Shown here: piece after piece, positions 11,632-21,341 of the stretch
Numbering within the stretch: position 1 is the stretch's first letter
How the letters are laid out: each line of letters begins with the position of its first letter
Assembly: GCF_054482525.1 (NCBI RefSeq)
Contig: NZ_CM137006.1
Reading direction: 5' to 3' (one strand)
DNA: 64,000 nucleotides
The notes under the pieces: generated by a model
Told to the model about the DNA's origin: nothing
Databases searched by the model: none
Seen by the model: the letters and a program-made list of their open reading frames with translations, nothing else
Position numbers and translations under genes: made by a program

Positions 11632-12764
11632 GACTGAAGATTCTCCGCAAGCCAGGTCGCCAGTTCGCCCGGCGTCATGGCGGCTATTTGTGCGCCGACA
11701 TTAACCAGCGCCTGGGCCGTATCGTGGTCATAGCAAGGTGTTGCGGTGCTATCGAGCGCCGCCAGTCCCAGTACTTTGATGCCGCTCTGGACACACTTTT
11801 TCACCTGATGCGTCAGTAATGATGATGAACCCCCTTCGTAAAAATCGCTCACGAGGATAATGACGCTTTTCGCTGGTTGTTCAATAAGTTGCCGACCATA
11901 TTCCATGGCACTGGCGATATTGGTTCCGCCGCCTAATTGCACTTTCATTAATAACTCTACCGGATCGGCAACGTCTGCCGTGAGATCAACCACGCTGGTG
12001 TCAAACGCCACCAGATGGGTACGAATACCGGGTAACTGCCATAAACAGGTCGCCATCACCGCTGAGTGGATCACCGAGTCCACCATTGATCCGCTTTGAT
12101 CAACCAGTAAGACCAGTTGCCATTGTTCACTGTGGCGCTTAATGCGGCTGTTAAAGCGGGGGGATTCGATATACAACTTGCCGTGTTGCGGATGCCAGTG
12201 TTGCAGGTTGGCGCGCAGCGTACTTTTGAAATCAAAGTTTCGCGCCAGTGGAATAAATGAGCGGCGACGGCGATCGCGGACACCAGAAAAAGCCTGACGA
12301 ACTTCCTTTGCCAGTCGCGCCATAATCTCTTCAACAACCTGGTGCACTATCCGGCGGGCGGCAGCCAGCACTTCGGGATTCATCAGATGTTTAGTGTGCA
12401 AAACGGCGCGTAGCAGGCTTTCAGAAGGCTGCATACGTTCCAGCACGTCGAGATTCGTCACCACATCTTCAATGCCGTAGCGCAGTACGGCATCGCTTTC
12501 CAGCCGCTCGATCACCTGTTGCGGAAACAGCGTGTGAATACTGTTGATCCACTTAGGGGTGGTGAGATTTGAGTCACCTAATCCACCGGAGCGTTCACCA
12601 CGCTGGAGCCGTTCAGGATCGCGCCCATACAGCCACTCCAGCGCGTGGTCTATCTGCCGGGCATTGTCATCCAGCCCACAAAGGGTCGTTTCTGCCGCTT
12701 CGCCAAGAATTAATCGCCAGCGATGTAGCTCACGGGTGGTCAGAAGATCGTTCAGTTCAGACAT
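11628..12764 (-). CDS. yehP: von Willebrand factor A (VWA) domain protein YehP
   Basis: MIDAS-like DQSGSM motif; start placed at MSELNDLL giving 378 aa. Confidence 0.85.
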   Translation of the reverse strand: MSELNDLLTTRELHRWRLILGEAAETTLCGLDDNARQIDHALEWLYGRDPERLQRGERSGGLGDSNLTTPKWINSIHTLFPQQVIERLESDAVLRYGIEDVVTNLDVLERMQPSESLLRAVLHTKHLMNPEVLAAARRIVHQVVEEIMARLAKEVRQAFSGVRDRRRRSFIPLARNFDFKSTLRANLQHWHPQHGKLYIESPRFNSRIKRHSEQWQLVLLVDQSGSMVDSVIHSAVMATCLWQLPGIRTHLVAFDTSVVDLTADVADPVELLMKVQLGGGTNIASAMEYGRQLIEQPAKSVIILVSDFYEGGSSSLLTHQVKKCVQSGIKVLGLAALDSTATPCYDHDTAQALVNVGAQIAAMTPGELATWLAENLQS

Positions 12765-15036
12765 GGAAAACTCCCCAGTGTTGCAGCGATGCCAGTGCCT
12801 GCTGTTCGAGTTGTTGATGATGTGCAATGGCTTGCGGTGGACAATGCAACGGCATTTGCAGCGCTGAAACGGGAAGCTGTGCGAGCTGGTAATGCTCAAG
12901 CACCTGATGCGCCAGCGTCCCGCGTTCTCGTGGTGGTAGCCAGGCCATCGCCGCACGCAAATCGGGCAGGGCGTTAATAAAATCGTCGTCACTCAGTTGA
13001 TTTAAATGACTACTGAAACCGGCGATAAATGCCGGCTGACAGGCCAGTTGATGGCGGGCCAGCGCCAGCAAACCGTGCAGTGCCTCGCCGGATTGTGCCG
13101 GGGATAATTGCGCCAGCATCGTCAGCGCCGCTTCGGCACTGGCGTTGGGATGTTCCAGACGCATCAGTGCGCCAAGAGCCGCGCCGCGATCCAGCGCCGA
13201 GGCATGAATCGCCTGACTGCGGCGCTCAAGTAAGGCTACCGCCGCAGAAAGCGAAACGCCGGGTAAATTAACGCCGCTATGTAGATCGCGCAGGATATGG
13301 CAAAGCGCCTGCCAGCTATGCAGGTGAGCGTGAAACTCCTTTTCCTCCGGTCTGCCGTTGGATTCACACAGCCAGAGTGTGCGATCGATAGCCGCGCATA
13401 ACGTCGTCTGTAATATCTGCGCGCCTTGCATACCGCTAATTTCATCCAGCCGCCATAAGGCGTATAGCACTTCCAGCGCCTGGCCCATTTCGGCAAACTG
13501 ATTTTCCTGGGCGATTAATAATGTAAGTTGCTCCAGTAATTGTTGACTGAAGGACGCCAGACCCGCTAACGCCGCCTGGCTAAGACATGTGGTGATACTG
13601 CCGATTCCACCCGCGTCCAGCATATCGGCTTCTAATTTATTGCGTGCGGCTTCCTGGAGTGTGGCACCAAAGCAGGCGGCCTCAATTAATGCCGCATGTT
13701 GGCTAAGCGGGCGGGTTAATTTCCAGCGTTCTTCACCGTTGCCTGCAAGTGTCAGTGTACTTCCCTGCTGGCGCACAACCCCTGGGATCTCCAGTATTGC
13801 CAGCCGATGTAACACCTGACTTTGCGCTAGTCCATTGGGGTTAAAGCGATTTAAGGTAAGCTCCGCCGGAAGAGAGATTGCGGTACGTTCCAGTTCGCAG
13901 GTGACATCTTTTGGCAGAGGCGGTTGTGGCGTAGAAGGGGCAAGTTTACCGAATCCGTCACCCGCTAATGTGTCTATCAACGTTAGCAGAATCGGATCGG
14001 TATCGGGATGAATAACGCCGCGATAGCTCCACGGCAACGGCGCATTCAGGGCTTCTTTAATCAGCGAGCCTGCTATGGCATCCAGCCAGTCAGTGCGTAA
14101 CGGTAGTGTATGACCGCGCAACTGTGCCAGTGCCATCGCATGCAGATGAGCGGCAGCCATATCCGCTGTTGAAGCAGGCAAGTGGTGCTGGCGCAAACGG
14201 GTAAGAACCGTTTTCAGCAGTTGTTCACCTGCCTGCTGCAAGCCCCACCGCCAGCACCAGTTTTGCCAGACCGGGGCAGGCATACCGGAAAGGTATCCTG
14301 CCAGCACATCAAGGCGCTTTTCACTGTAGGGTGTGAGATAACAACCTGTAACGGCATCATCCAGTAAGAGCAATTCTGGCGTGTTAATTACCTGCGGACA
14401 TTCGCGCCACATTTTTGCCAGTGCCGGAGCGTGCCAGCCACCGCAGACAACTAACACGTCGCCATTATTTTGCTGCATCGCCCATCCAATCCAGCGGGCC
14501 ATAAAGGCTTCGCGCTGACGATTGAGAGCATCTCCGGGGGAGTCGCCCCGCAGTTGGGCAAAATAGTGCGCAAGTGCAGAGGGTAATGCAGTTTGCTGCC
14601 TTTCATCTTCGAACAAGTGATCCCACAGGGTGTCGCTGTTATCCATGCGGGTGGCACGCAGCAGCAAGGTCTGGCTTTCCTCTTGCGTATCAGGCGAATC
14701 GTCCTCTTCTTCACTCTGCGCCCAGCAAGGCAAATCGATGAAGTAAGTTTGTGCCTGAATACGACGAGCGGCTTGTAGCGCCTGCCACTCCGGCGAAAAT
14801 TCAGCAAATGGCGTCCAGGCACCACGCCCGGGGGCCGCACCGTCCTGATACTGGCAATAACTGTAAATAGCTACCGGAAGCTGGTGGGCTAACAACAGTT
14901 CGTCTACCCGGTCATTAAAATCAGCCGGGCCTTCAATCAACACATATCGTGGCCGCTGGCTTTCGATTAACGATTTCACCAGCCGGGCGCAGGCCGGACT
15001 ATGATGCCGGATGCCGACAATTAACGGCTCGCTCAT
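12757..15036 (-). CDS. yehM: Uncharacterised protein YehM
   Basis: Start placed at MSEPLIVGIRHH giving 759 aa; overlaps yehP start and yehL stop. Confidence 0.8.
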   Translation of the reverse strand: MSEPLIVGIRHHSPACARLVKSLIESQRPRYVLIEGPADFNDRVDELLLAHQLPVAIYSYCQYQDGAAPGRGAWTPFAEFSPEWQALQAARRIQAQTYFIDLPCWAQSEEEDDSPDTQEESQTLLLRATRMDNSDTLWDHLFEDERQQTALPSALAHYFAQLRGDSPGDALNRQREAFMARWIGWAMQQNNGDVLVVCGGWHAPALAKMWRECPQVINTPELLLLDDAVTGCYLTPYSEKRLDVLAGYLSGMPAPVWQNWCWRWGLQQAGEQLLKTVLTRLRQHHLPASTADMAAAHLHAMALAQLRGHTLPLRTDWLDAIAGSLIKEALNAPLPWSYRGVIHPDTDPILLTLIDTLAGDGFGKLAPSTPQPPLPKDVTCELERTAISLPAELTLNRFNPNGLAQSQVLHRLAILEIPGVVRQQGSTLTLAGNGEERWKLTRPLSQHAALIEAACFGATLQEAARNKLEADMLDAGGIGSITTCLSQAALAGLASFSQQLLEQLTLLIAQENQFAEMGQALEVLYALWRLDEISGMQGAQILQTTLCAAIDRTLWLCESNGRPEEKEFHAHLHSWQALCHILRDLHSGVNLPGVSLSAAVALLERRSQAIHASALDRGAALGALMRLEHPNASAEAALTMLAQLSPAQSGEALHGLLALARHQLACQPAFIAGFSSHLNQLSDDDFINALPDLRAAMAWLPPRERGTLAHQVLEHYQLAQLPVSALQMPLHCPPQAIAHHQQLEQQALASLQHWGVFHV

Positions 15037-15046
15037 GCATCTTTCC

Positions 15047-16135
15047 TCACGGCAGGCGGTGGCGAGCTTGATAATAAGCCTGCCAGTGAGCTTCTTTATG
15101 TGTGGCGACGCGCTGTTCGAAGTAACGGCGCAGACGCGCGCGATCTTCTTCGTTATCTTTGACGATGGTTCCGGCAATACAGTCCACCAGGTCGGCAGGC
15201 TCCCCCGCGCGATTCGCTAAAAACCAGGCGCGGACACCCACAGCATGGGCCACGTTAACGGCTTCAGCGGTGGACATAATCGCTGTCAGTGTATCCATTG
15301 ACGTTTTCTTTTCGCCGTTGGCACGCAGATCGCGGAACGTGCGCACCAGTAATTCCAGTACCGTGTCAGGCACTTTATGCGGAATACCGCTATGGGCCAG
15401 CAAACGCGCCGAAGCACTGGCGACCAGTTCCAGCTCCTGGGCGAAATCCATAATCGGAAAGACAGTTTCAAAATCGAAGCGACGCTTTAGCGCAGCACTC
15501 ATTTCATTGACGCCGCGATCGCGGGTATTGGCAGTGGCAATAATATTAAAGCCTTCTCGCGCATAGAGCTGACTGGCTTCACCAGTGAGTTCCGGCACCG
15601 TCATTACCCTGTCAGAAAGCATACCTAACAGACAGTCTTGTACTTCCAGCGGTGTACGCGTTATCTCTTCAAAACGGACAATTTTGCCGTCGCGCATTCC
15701 CTGGTAAAGCGGGGCTGGGACCAGCGCTTCCGTTGACGGACCATGGTTGATAAGCAGGGCGTAGTTCCAGCCGTACTTGATTTGATCTTCAGTGGTAGAT
15801 GCGCCGCCCTGGATGGTTAACCCGGCATCGCCGCTAATAGCGGTTGCCAGTAATTCAGACAGGAGAGATTTTGCGGTGCCAGGTTCCCCCACCAACATCA
15901 AACCGCGCCCGGTTGCGAGAGTGACTAACATGCGTTCGACAGCGGAGGGGCTAATCACGACTTTACGGCTAATATTTTGTGCTTCGTCGCCAAGGATAAA
16001 AGCGCGGGCCGCAGGCAAACTTAACTGCCAACCTGGCGGGCAAGGTGCGTTATCATTTTGTTTTAATTTTGCCAGTTCATCGGCGTATAACACAGCGGCA
16101 GGCGGACGCTGCAGATGATTATTCTGCGGTGACAT
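15047..16135 (-). CDS. yehL: MoxR-like AAA+ ATPase YehL
   Basis: Walker A GEPGTAKS and AAA core; start placed at MSPQNNHLQ giving 362 aa. Confidence 0.85.
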   Translation of the reverse strand: MSPQNNHLQRPPAAVLYADELAKLKQNDNAPCPPGWQLSLPAARAFILGDEAQNISRKVVISPSAVERMLVTLATGRGLMLVGEPGTAKSLLSELLATAISGDAGLTIQGGASTTEDQIKYGWNYALLINHGPSTEALVPAPLYQGMRDGKIVRFEEITRTPLEVQDCLLGMLSDRVMTVPELTGEASQLYAREGFNIIATANTRDRGVNEMSAALKRRFDFETVFPIMDFAQELELVASASARLLAHSGIPHKVPDTVLELLVRTFRDLRANGEKKTSMDTLTAIMSTAEAVNVAHAVGVRAWFLANRAGEPADLVDCIAGTIVKDNEEDRARLRRYFEQRVATHKEAHWQAYYQARHRLP

Positions 16136-16567
16136 ATATTCATCCCTGAAATGTATTAATGAAATAAACGATATTTTACGCGCAATAAATGTTTGGCGCA
16201 TTAGTTGTTTGAGCGAAAAATATCTGGAAAGCAGATCACAGTAAATAAAAAAACCTGCTGGTGAGGCAGGTTCTTTGATTTACTACTTTCAGGCCTAACA
16301 CCACGGCCTGTGCAACATCGTGTTCCAACGAACGAATTATAACCATCGGTGGACCCCGTTGCAATTAAGATAATGAGATTTATAATCCTGACTGTTGGGA
16401 CGTTGCGCCGGATCGAACCCATTTCAAGTCCTGGCTACCGGACGGGTGGTGCCGCAGGTAGTGCCCTGATCCGGAGTGCAACATCGTGGTCCAACATACG
16501 TAAACCAGTATCGACAGGCAGTGTAAGGGTAAGGTGCTGGTGTTGCGCTCCTTAATAAGGAGAGCGA

Positions 16568-16657
16568 ATGGACACGCTGACACAAAAGTTAACCGTGCTC
16601 ATTGCTGTACTGGAGCTATTAGTGGCTCTGTTACGGTTGATTGATTTGTTGAAGTAA
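16568..16657 (+). CDS. zorO: Type I toxin ZorO, 29 aa (MDTLTQKLTVLIAVLELLVALLRLIDLLK)
   Basis: Hand-translated; SD aaggagag upstream; hydrophobic helical peptide matching my recollection of ZorO from E. coli O157. Confidence 0.75.
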   Translation: MDTLTQKLTVLIAVLELLVALLRLIDLLK

Positions 16658-16680
16658 TGGGCAAATTGAAACGCAACTAA

Positions 16681-16703
16681 GGGGGAAAACCGCTTCCCCC
16701 TTT
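16681..16703 (+). terminator. Intrinsic terminator of zorO copy 1
   Basis: gggggaa-aaccgc-ttccccc hairpin followed by ttt. Confidence 0.7.
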
Positions 16704-17176
16704 AATAAAATGATTACATCTTCCATTAATTCACCCGATAACTTTTTTCATATTTATAAATTCATCGATTTTATAATCAACGTACTATTTGGCCGGGATG
16801 TGAATAATCATGGTGGGCTATTGGCGAAAAATATCTGGAAAGTAGATCGTAGAAAATAAAAGAACCTGCTGGTGAGGCAGGTTCTTTTATTTACTACTTT
16901 GATGTTAAGTTACTGATAGTGCAACATGGCATCTCAACGAACGAATTATAACCACCGCTGGACCGTGTTGCAATTAAGATAATGAGATTTATAATCCTGA
17001 CTGTTGGGAAGTTGCGCCGGATCGAACCCATTTCAAGTCCTGGCTACCGGACGGGTGGTGCCGCAGGTAGTGCTCTGATCCGGAGTGCAACATGGCGACT
17101 CAACATACGTAAACCAGTATCGACAGGCAGTGTAAGGGTAAGGTGCTGGTGTTGCGCTCCTTAATAAGGAGAGCGG

Positions 17177-17266
17177 ATGGACACGCTGACACAAAAGTTA
17201 ACCGTGCTCATTGCCGTACTGGAGCTATTAGTGGCTCTGTTACGGTTGATTGATTTGTTGAAGTAA
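17177..17266 (+). CDS. zorO: Type I toxin ZorO (second copy), 29 aa, identical peptide
   Basis: Same ORF, SD and terminator context as copy 1. Confidence 0.75.
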   Translation: MDTLTQKLTVLIAVLELLVALLRLIDLLK

Positions 17267-17289
17267 TGGGCAAATTGAAACGCAACTAA

Positions 17290-17312
17290 GGGGGAAAACC
17301 GCTTCCCCCTTT
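17290..17312 (+). terminator. Intrinsic terminator of zorO copy 2
   Basis: Same hairpin as 16681-16703. Confidence 0.7.
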
Positions 17313-17387
17313 AATAAAGTAATATTCTATTAGTTGGTTGAATATATTCTGTAGTTTACGATTAAAAATTGCTATTACAGTTTCAGG

Positions 17388-17639
17388 TTATTCACCTCGT
17401 AATTTCCGCTCATCAATACACTCATCTCTTATATAAATCAACGCATCATTTATTAGCGGGTCAACATCCTCTCGATCACGTTGATGAAATGTTGGACGTA
17501 GCCGGAACCGTTCCAGTCGGTAAACGGAACCTGTAAATAATTCAGAGCATTTATGGATCTCAAGTCTGAAGGAAAACGGATCTTCAGGTACAGGGACCTC
17601 ATAATTGTAAATAGCGACCAGCTCTTTTTGCACGCTCAT
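17388..17639 (-). CDS. Small hypothetical protein, 83 aa (position matches K-12 yehK, not confirmed)
   Basis: ORF only; no motif recognised. Confidence 0.35.
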   Translation of the reverse strand: MSVQKELVAIYNYEVPVPEDPFSFRLEIHKCSELFTGSVYRLERFRLRPTFHQRDREDVDPLINDALIYIRDECIDERKLRGE

Positions 17640-17699
17640 CGCTTTTCCCGATGGTAAGTCGTGTTGATAACGGGCAGTCGCATCACTGCCCGTTGTGTT

Positions 17700-20600
17700 T
17701 TAATGGAAAATGACGTCGGGTGCGCTTAACGCCTCACTCAAATCAAACACATCAAGTTCGGCAAAAGTGACAGATTTATTGTCACGGTATACATGAAGAG
17801 AACGGAAGCTCATTAGCGCTTTGCTATCAACATTGTAGTGGTTAAAACCGGATGAAAACTTAAGGACCAGCCGGTACTCGCCCAGGTCATAGACAAATGC
17901 GTTCTCATAGCCTGACTCCCAGCCTTTGTATCGCATTCCCATAAGTTGCCCAACGGTAGCAGATTTACCTTCCCAGCGATTCAAACTATTACTGGCTGAC
18001 TCGTCAGGCGTGAGCAGTACTGTGCGCCGTGCCAATTGGCGAAAAGGCGGCATAATTTCGTAATCGGCAAAAAGCTGTGCAAACTCACTGCGCATTTCTG
18101 CTGCCATTTCTAACGGGTGGGCAATGCCAATCAGAGCATCGGCAGGCAGGTCAATTGGCTCATCTTGCTCATTGCAGAACTCCCCCTCAGCGGCCACACG
18201 AAAGGCGTTGAGTAAACGACGCGGTTCATTTGCCGGATAAACACCCCATATTAATCGCTGAGTAACCAGACGGGTAAAGGGATGATTAACAAACAGAGAA
18301 TGAAAATCTGCCAGCGACCAGCGTCGGGTGGTGCGCAGGGCAGTTTCAAGACGCGGGAGCAGGTTTTTGCTCACCTGAGTGGCATCTTTTTTTAGCCCTT
18401 TTAGTCGGGCCAGTGCCTCGGGTGCTTTCAGTTGATCGTCATCGGCGCGCAACCGGGGAACGCTTTTCTGGCGAACGTTTTGCTGATCAAAGATAACCGG
18501 GTTAAGGTTTTCATCGAAGCGAACGGTAAATTGCCGTGGACCAAAATCAAAAATCAACGCCTGCGGATCATCAAGACCCAGTGTTGGGACTAATCTGTCC
18601 GCTAACTGTTCCTGGCTTAGCCCTCGATTTTCTGCGACCACCTGAAGAAATTCCGCCGCGTTATCACGTAAGGGGCGGGATTTCGCCCGTTGCGATATAT
18701 GATGCAGCTGTATCAGTGCCATATCATTATTCATCTGAGTAAGGATGTTCAGGCCGCTGACGGCACGGGCAGATTTGCCTTCCTGTGGCCAGGCAAGGAT
18801 CTGTGTTGTTAGATCCCGTGCCGTGCTTTCGTCGCCAAAGAGACTTAACGCCAGAAATGCCCAGTTGTCTTTTGCGGGAGCACCAGCTTGTTGCCACGCG
18901 GTGAAAAGATCCCAGGCAAAGGCTGCCAGCGTTTGCGGCTGGCAAAACGTTTTCAGCTGTTCCAGTCCGCTATAAAAACGTCCGCCCTGGGTAAAGCGCA
19001 GCATTTCGCCGATAATTTCCAGAGCGTCATCAGTAACAGGTTGATTATTCGTGATAAGGCGCGGCCTGGACCACATTGCCGGCTGCCAGAAATCAGGGGC
19101 TTTTGGAATGCGTGTCGGGTAAATCTCTATTGGACTCTGTTTAAGTAATTGCTCCAGGGCAGGCCATACATCTTTACGCTGCCAGCGGTTTGCCACGGTT
19201 TGCAGTAACTCGCCATGTCCCTGTTCGTAAAGTAAACGCAGGGCAAGTAATGCAGCTTCGCTATTATCGCTGGATTTGGTGAAGACAAGAGGGATAAGTG
19301 CAGTAGCTGTATGTTCCGGCCATTGTAAAATCCACTGGCGGGCCAGATCTCGCTGCGCCGCGAAACGTCGCCAGACGCGGGCAACGGGCAGGGCCAGTTC
19401 GGTTGCGCCGAAATTTAAAATTAACGGAAATGTTTCTTTTGGACGATGTGAAAAAGCCAACAGCAGACCTGGTAGAGCATCCAATCCGAAGATACTGAGA
19501 AAATAGTCCTCACCCGCAGACAGATGCTTTTTCTCATTGATACGTAGCCAGAAAGTCAAAGCCATCTCACGCGGCAACTGCGCCAATAAATACAGGTTCC
19601 AGATACTCTTTTCCCGACGATAGCGTGAGTAGCTGTCATTTTCCCATATGTTAATTAACACTTCTACGTGACCGCTGTGAAGCGCCTGTTCTGCTAATTG
19701 AGCTTCCGGGGAGCTCCAGCCATTCATGATCTCTTCAACCCGCCCTGGGTAGTAATGCCACTGAACAATGAGTGAATTGCGTGCAGCATCCAGTTTTCCG
19801 GGGAGTATATAATTCAAAAACAGCCATACATCATCTCCAAAACCCAGCTCCTGTAGTACAACTCGTCCACTTTTTTGTTCCATGCGTTCCGCAAGAGATT
19901 CCGTGCTGAAATAACGGGCAGACGCAGTGGCGGCAAGCCTCTCTCGTTCGCCTGGTTGCCAGTAAACTTGCGGCGTTAATTCGAACGGTGCCAAATCAAG
20001 ACGTGGAACTGTCATTTTTTTCTTACTACGCCACGGTGGTGAAACGAGGATTTCAGGCATTTGGCTGTTATCGGTGCTATCAATAACCGTTTTGGACGGT
20101 GCCGATAAATAACTATTCAGCATTGCCCGGGCTTGAGTACTTAACCACGGCATCACCTCTTCTGCCAGTTGTGGCTGCGATGCCATCAGCGTTTGTAACA
20201 GCGTACGCCAGTATTCATCGCGTGCTTTTTGCTGTGCAGGCAGCTTTTTGTCTTCAATGATTGGATAACCAGGGCGCGCAGGTGGTTCTTTTAACGCCAG
20301 CAGTTCTGCTAATGCGGCGAGCGTCGCATGGGGGAAGTTTTTACTGTATTTAGCCACACGTTGCAGGCTGGGTTTGTTTTTATCAGCAACTAACAGCAAG
20401 GTGCGGATGACTTGCGGATGGTTAATTTGTACCAGCAGACTGCCGCAATCTTCTTTATGGGCATACATCGCGAGGCGCGGAACGGCTGCCAGTCCTTGTT
20501 CGCGCAAAAGGGCGGCGCAGGCCGCGTAGCCGAAGCGGTTTTCTTGTGACATGTAGCTGGCTTCGCGATCGCTAAATACGTCCAGGCCCCAGTATCGTTC

Positions 20601-21332
20601 GAGTTTTTTTACCGCCGTATTATCAGTAGCAACGACCTTTAACCACTCCTTTGAATGGAGACTTGACCGGGAGCTTTCAAAACTGGCGAGTTCATTGGCT
20701 ATTTCAGGTTTTTCCGGGAGGATCAGCGCAATAAAAGGACGGCGAATTTTGGGTATTCCTGGCAGTGCGGCAATGAGTTTATCGGCACAACGCTGCCAGC
20801 AACTTTCCTCTGCCAGCGACAGATGCTTACGCAAACGGAGATCGAAATCGTTATAGGTCGCGGAGCCATAACCGTAGCTATAGTCCTCGTCCTGATACTG
20901 CAAAGTGACGACCAGTGAGTCACTCTCATAACGCCGCGCAATGCACTGACGCGATATCACTACATCCGTCGCATATTCCAGCCCCTCTTGTTGCACGATT
21001 TCATCAAGTAACTGCTGGCTGTCATTTTGCGCGATACAGATCAGAGCCGCCATGGTAAGGGCTGGGATTGACGGTTTATGCTCGCCAGTCAAATTGATTG
21101 CCTGCTGGATGGCGGACTGCCACTCCAGTGAGCATTTATCATAATTCCAGGTGATATTTTCCTTCTGGCCTGCTTGTTGTAGTAATTCATCTCCCAATGT
21201 CTGGATGAGACTTCCAGTGATAACGGACACTGGTTCGCCCGGCCAGCGACGATGACTGAGCGGCGTTTTGCCTTTTTTATATTTCAGTTCCAGTTGGGCG
21301 TTATCCGCCAGCCACGGTAATTCCTTGTCCAT
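17700..21332 (-). CDS. yehI: Large DUF4132-family protein YehI (1210 aa)
   Basis: Length and synteny; clear paralogy to the adjacent molR ORF across most of its length. Confidence 0.85.
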   Translation of the reverse strand: MDKELPWLADNAQLELKYKKGKTPLSHRRWPGEPVSVITGSLIQTLGDELLQQAGQKENITWNYDKCSLEWQSAIQQAINLTGEHKPSIPALTMAALICIAQNDSQQLLDEIVQQEGLEYATDVVISRQCIARRYESDSLVVTLQYQDEDYSYGYGSATYNDFDLRLRKHLSLAEESCWQRCADKLIAALPGIPKIRRPFIALILPEKPEIANELASFESSRSSLHSKEWLKVVATDNTAVKKLERYWGLDVFSDREASYMSQENRFGYAACAALLREQGLAAVPRLAMYAHKEDCGSLLVQINHPQVIRTLLLVADKNKPSLQRVAKYSKNFPHATLAALAELLALKEPPARPGYPIIEDKKLPAQQKARDEYWRTLLQTLMASQPQLAEEVMPWLSTQARAMLNSYLSAPSKTVIDSTDNSQMPEILVSPPWRSKKKMTVPRLDLAPFELTPQVYWQPGERERLAATASARYFSTESLAERMEQKSGRVVLQELGFGDDVWLFLNYILPGKLDAARNSLIVQWHYYPGRVEEIMNGWSSPEAQLAEQALHSGHVEVLINIWENDSYSRYRREKSIWNLYLLAQLPREMALTFWLRINEKKHLSAGEDYFLSIFGLDALPGLLLAFSHRPKETFPLILNFGATELALPVARVWRRFAAQRDLARQWILQWPEHTATALIPLVFTKSSDNSEAALLALRLLYEQGHGELLQTVANRWQRKDVWPALEQLLKQSPIEIYPTRIPKAPDFWQPAMWSRPRLITNNQPVTDDALEIIGEMLRFTQGGRFYSGLEQLKTFCQPQTLAAFAWDLFTAWQQAGAPAKDNWAFLALSLFGDESTARDLTTQILAWPQEGKSARAVSGLNILTQMNNDMALIQLHHISQRAKSRPLRDNAAEFLQVVAENRGLSQEQLADRLVPTLGLDDPQALIFDFGPRQFTVRFDENLNPVIFDQQNVRQKSVPRLRADDDQLKAPEALARLKGLKKDATQVSKNLLPRLETALRTTRRWSLADFHSLFVNHPFTRLVTQRLIWGVYPANEPRRLLNAFRVAAEGEFCNEQDEPIDLPADALIGIAHPLEMAAEMRSEFAQLFADYEIMPPFRQLARRTVLLTPDESASNSLNRWEGKSATVGQLMGMRYKGWESGYENAFVYDLGEYRLVLKFSSGFNHYNVDSKALMSFRSLHVYRDNKSVTFAELDVFDLSEALSAPDVIFH

Positions 21333-21341
21333 GCTCTTTCC

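Larger units (their letters stand above)
16213..16706 (+). repeat. Tandem repeat copy 1: zorO-orzO type I toxin-antitoxin unit (long 5' UTR, toxin ORF, terminator)
   Basis: About 495 bp near-identical to 16824-17315, period 611 bp. Confidence 0.85.
16824..17315 (+). repeat. Tandem repeat copy 2: second zorO-orzO unit
   Basis: Near-identical to copy 1 apart from scattered substitutions in the 5' region. Confidence 0.85.

Noticed and set aside
16349-16555. 68-aa ORF in the tandem repeat (and its twin at 16982-17164)
   Set aside because: Falls in the zorO leader where the antisense sRNA is expected; no RBS; better explained as non-coding RNA sequence.
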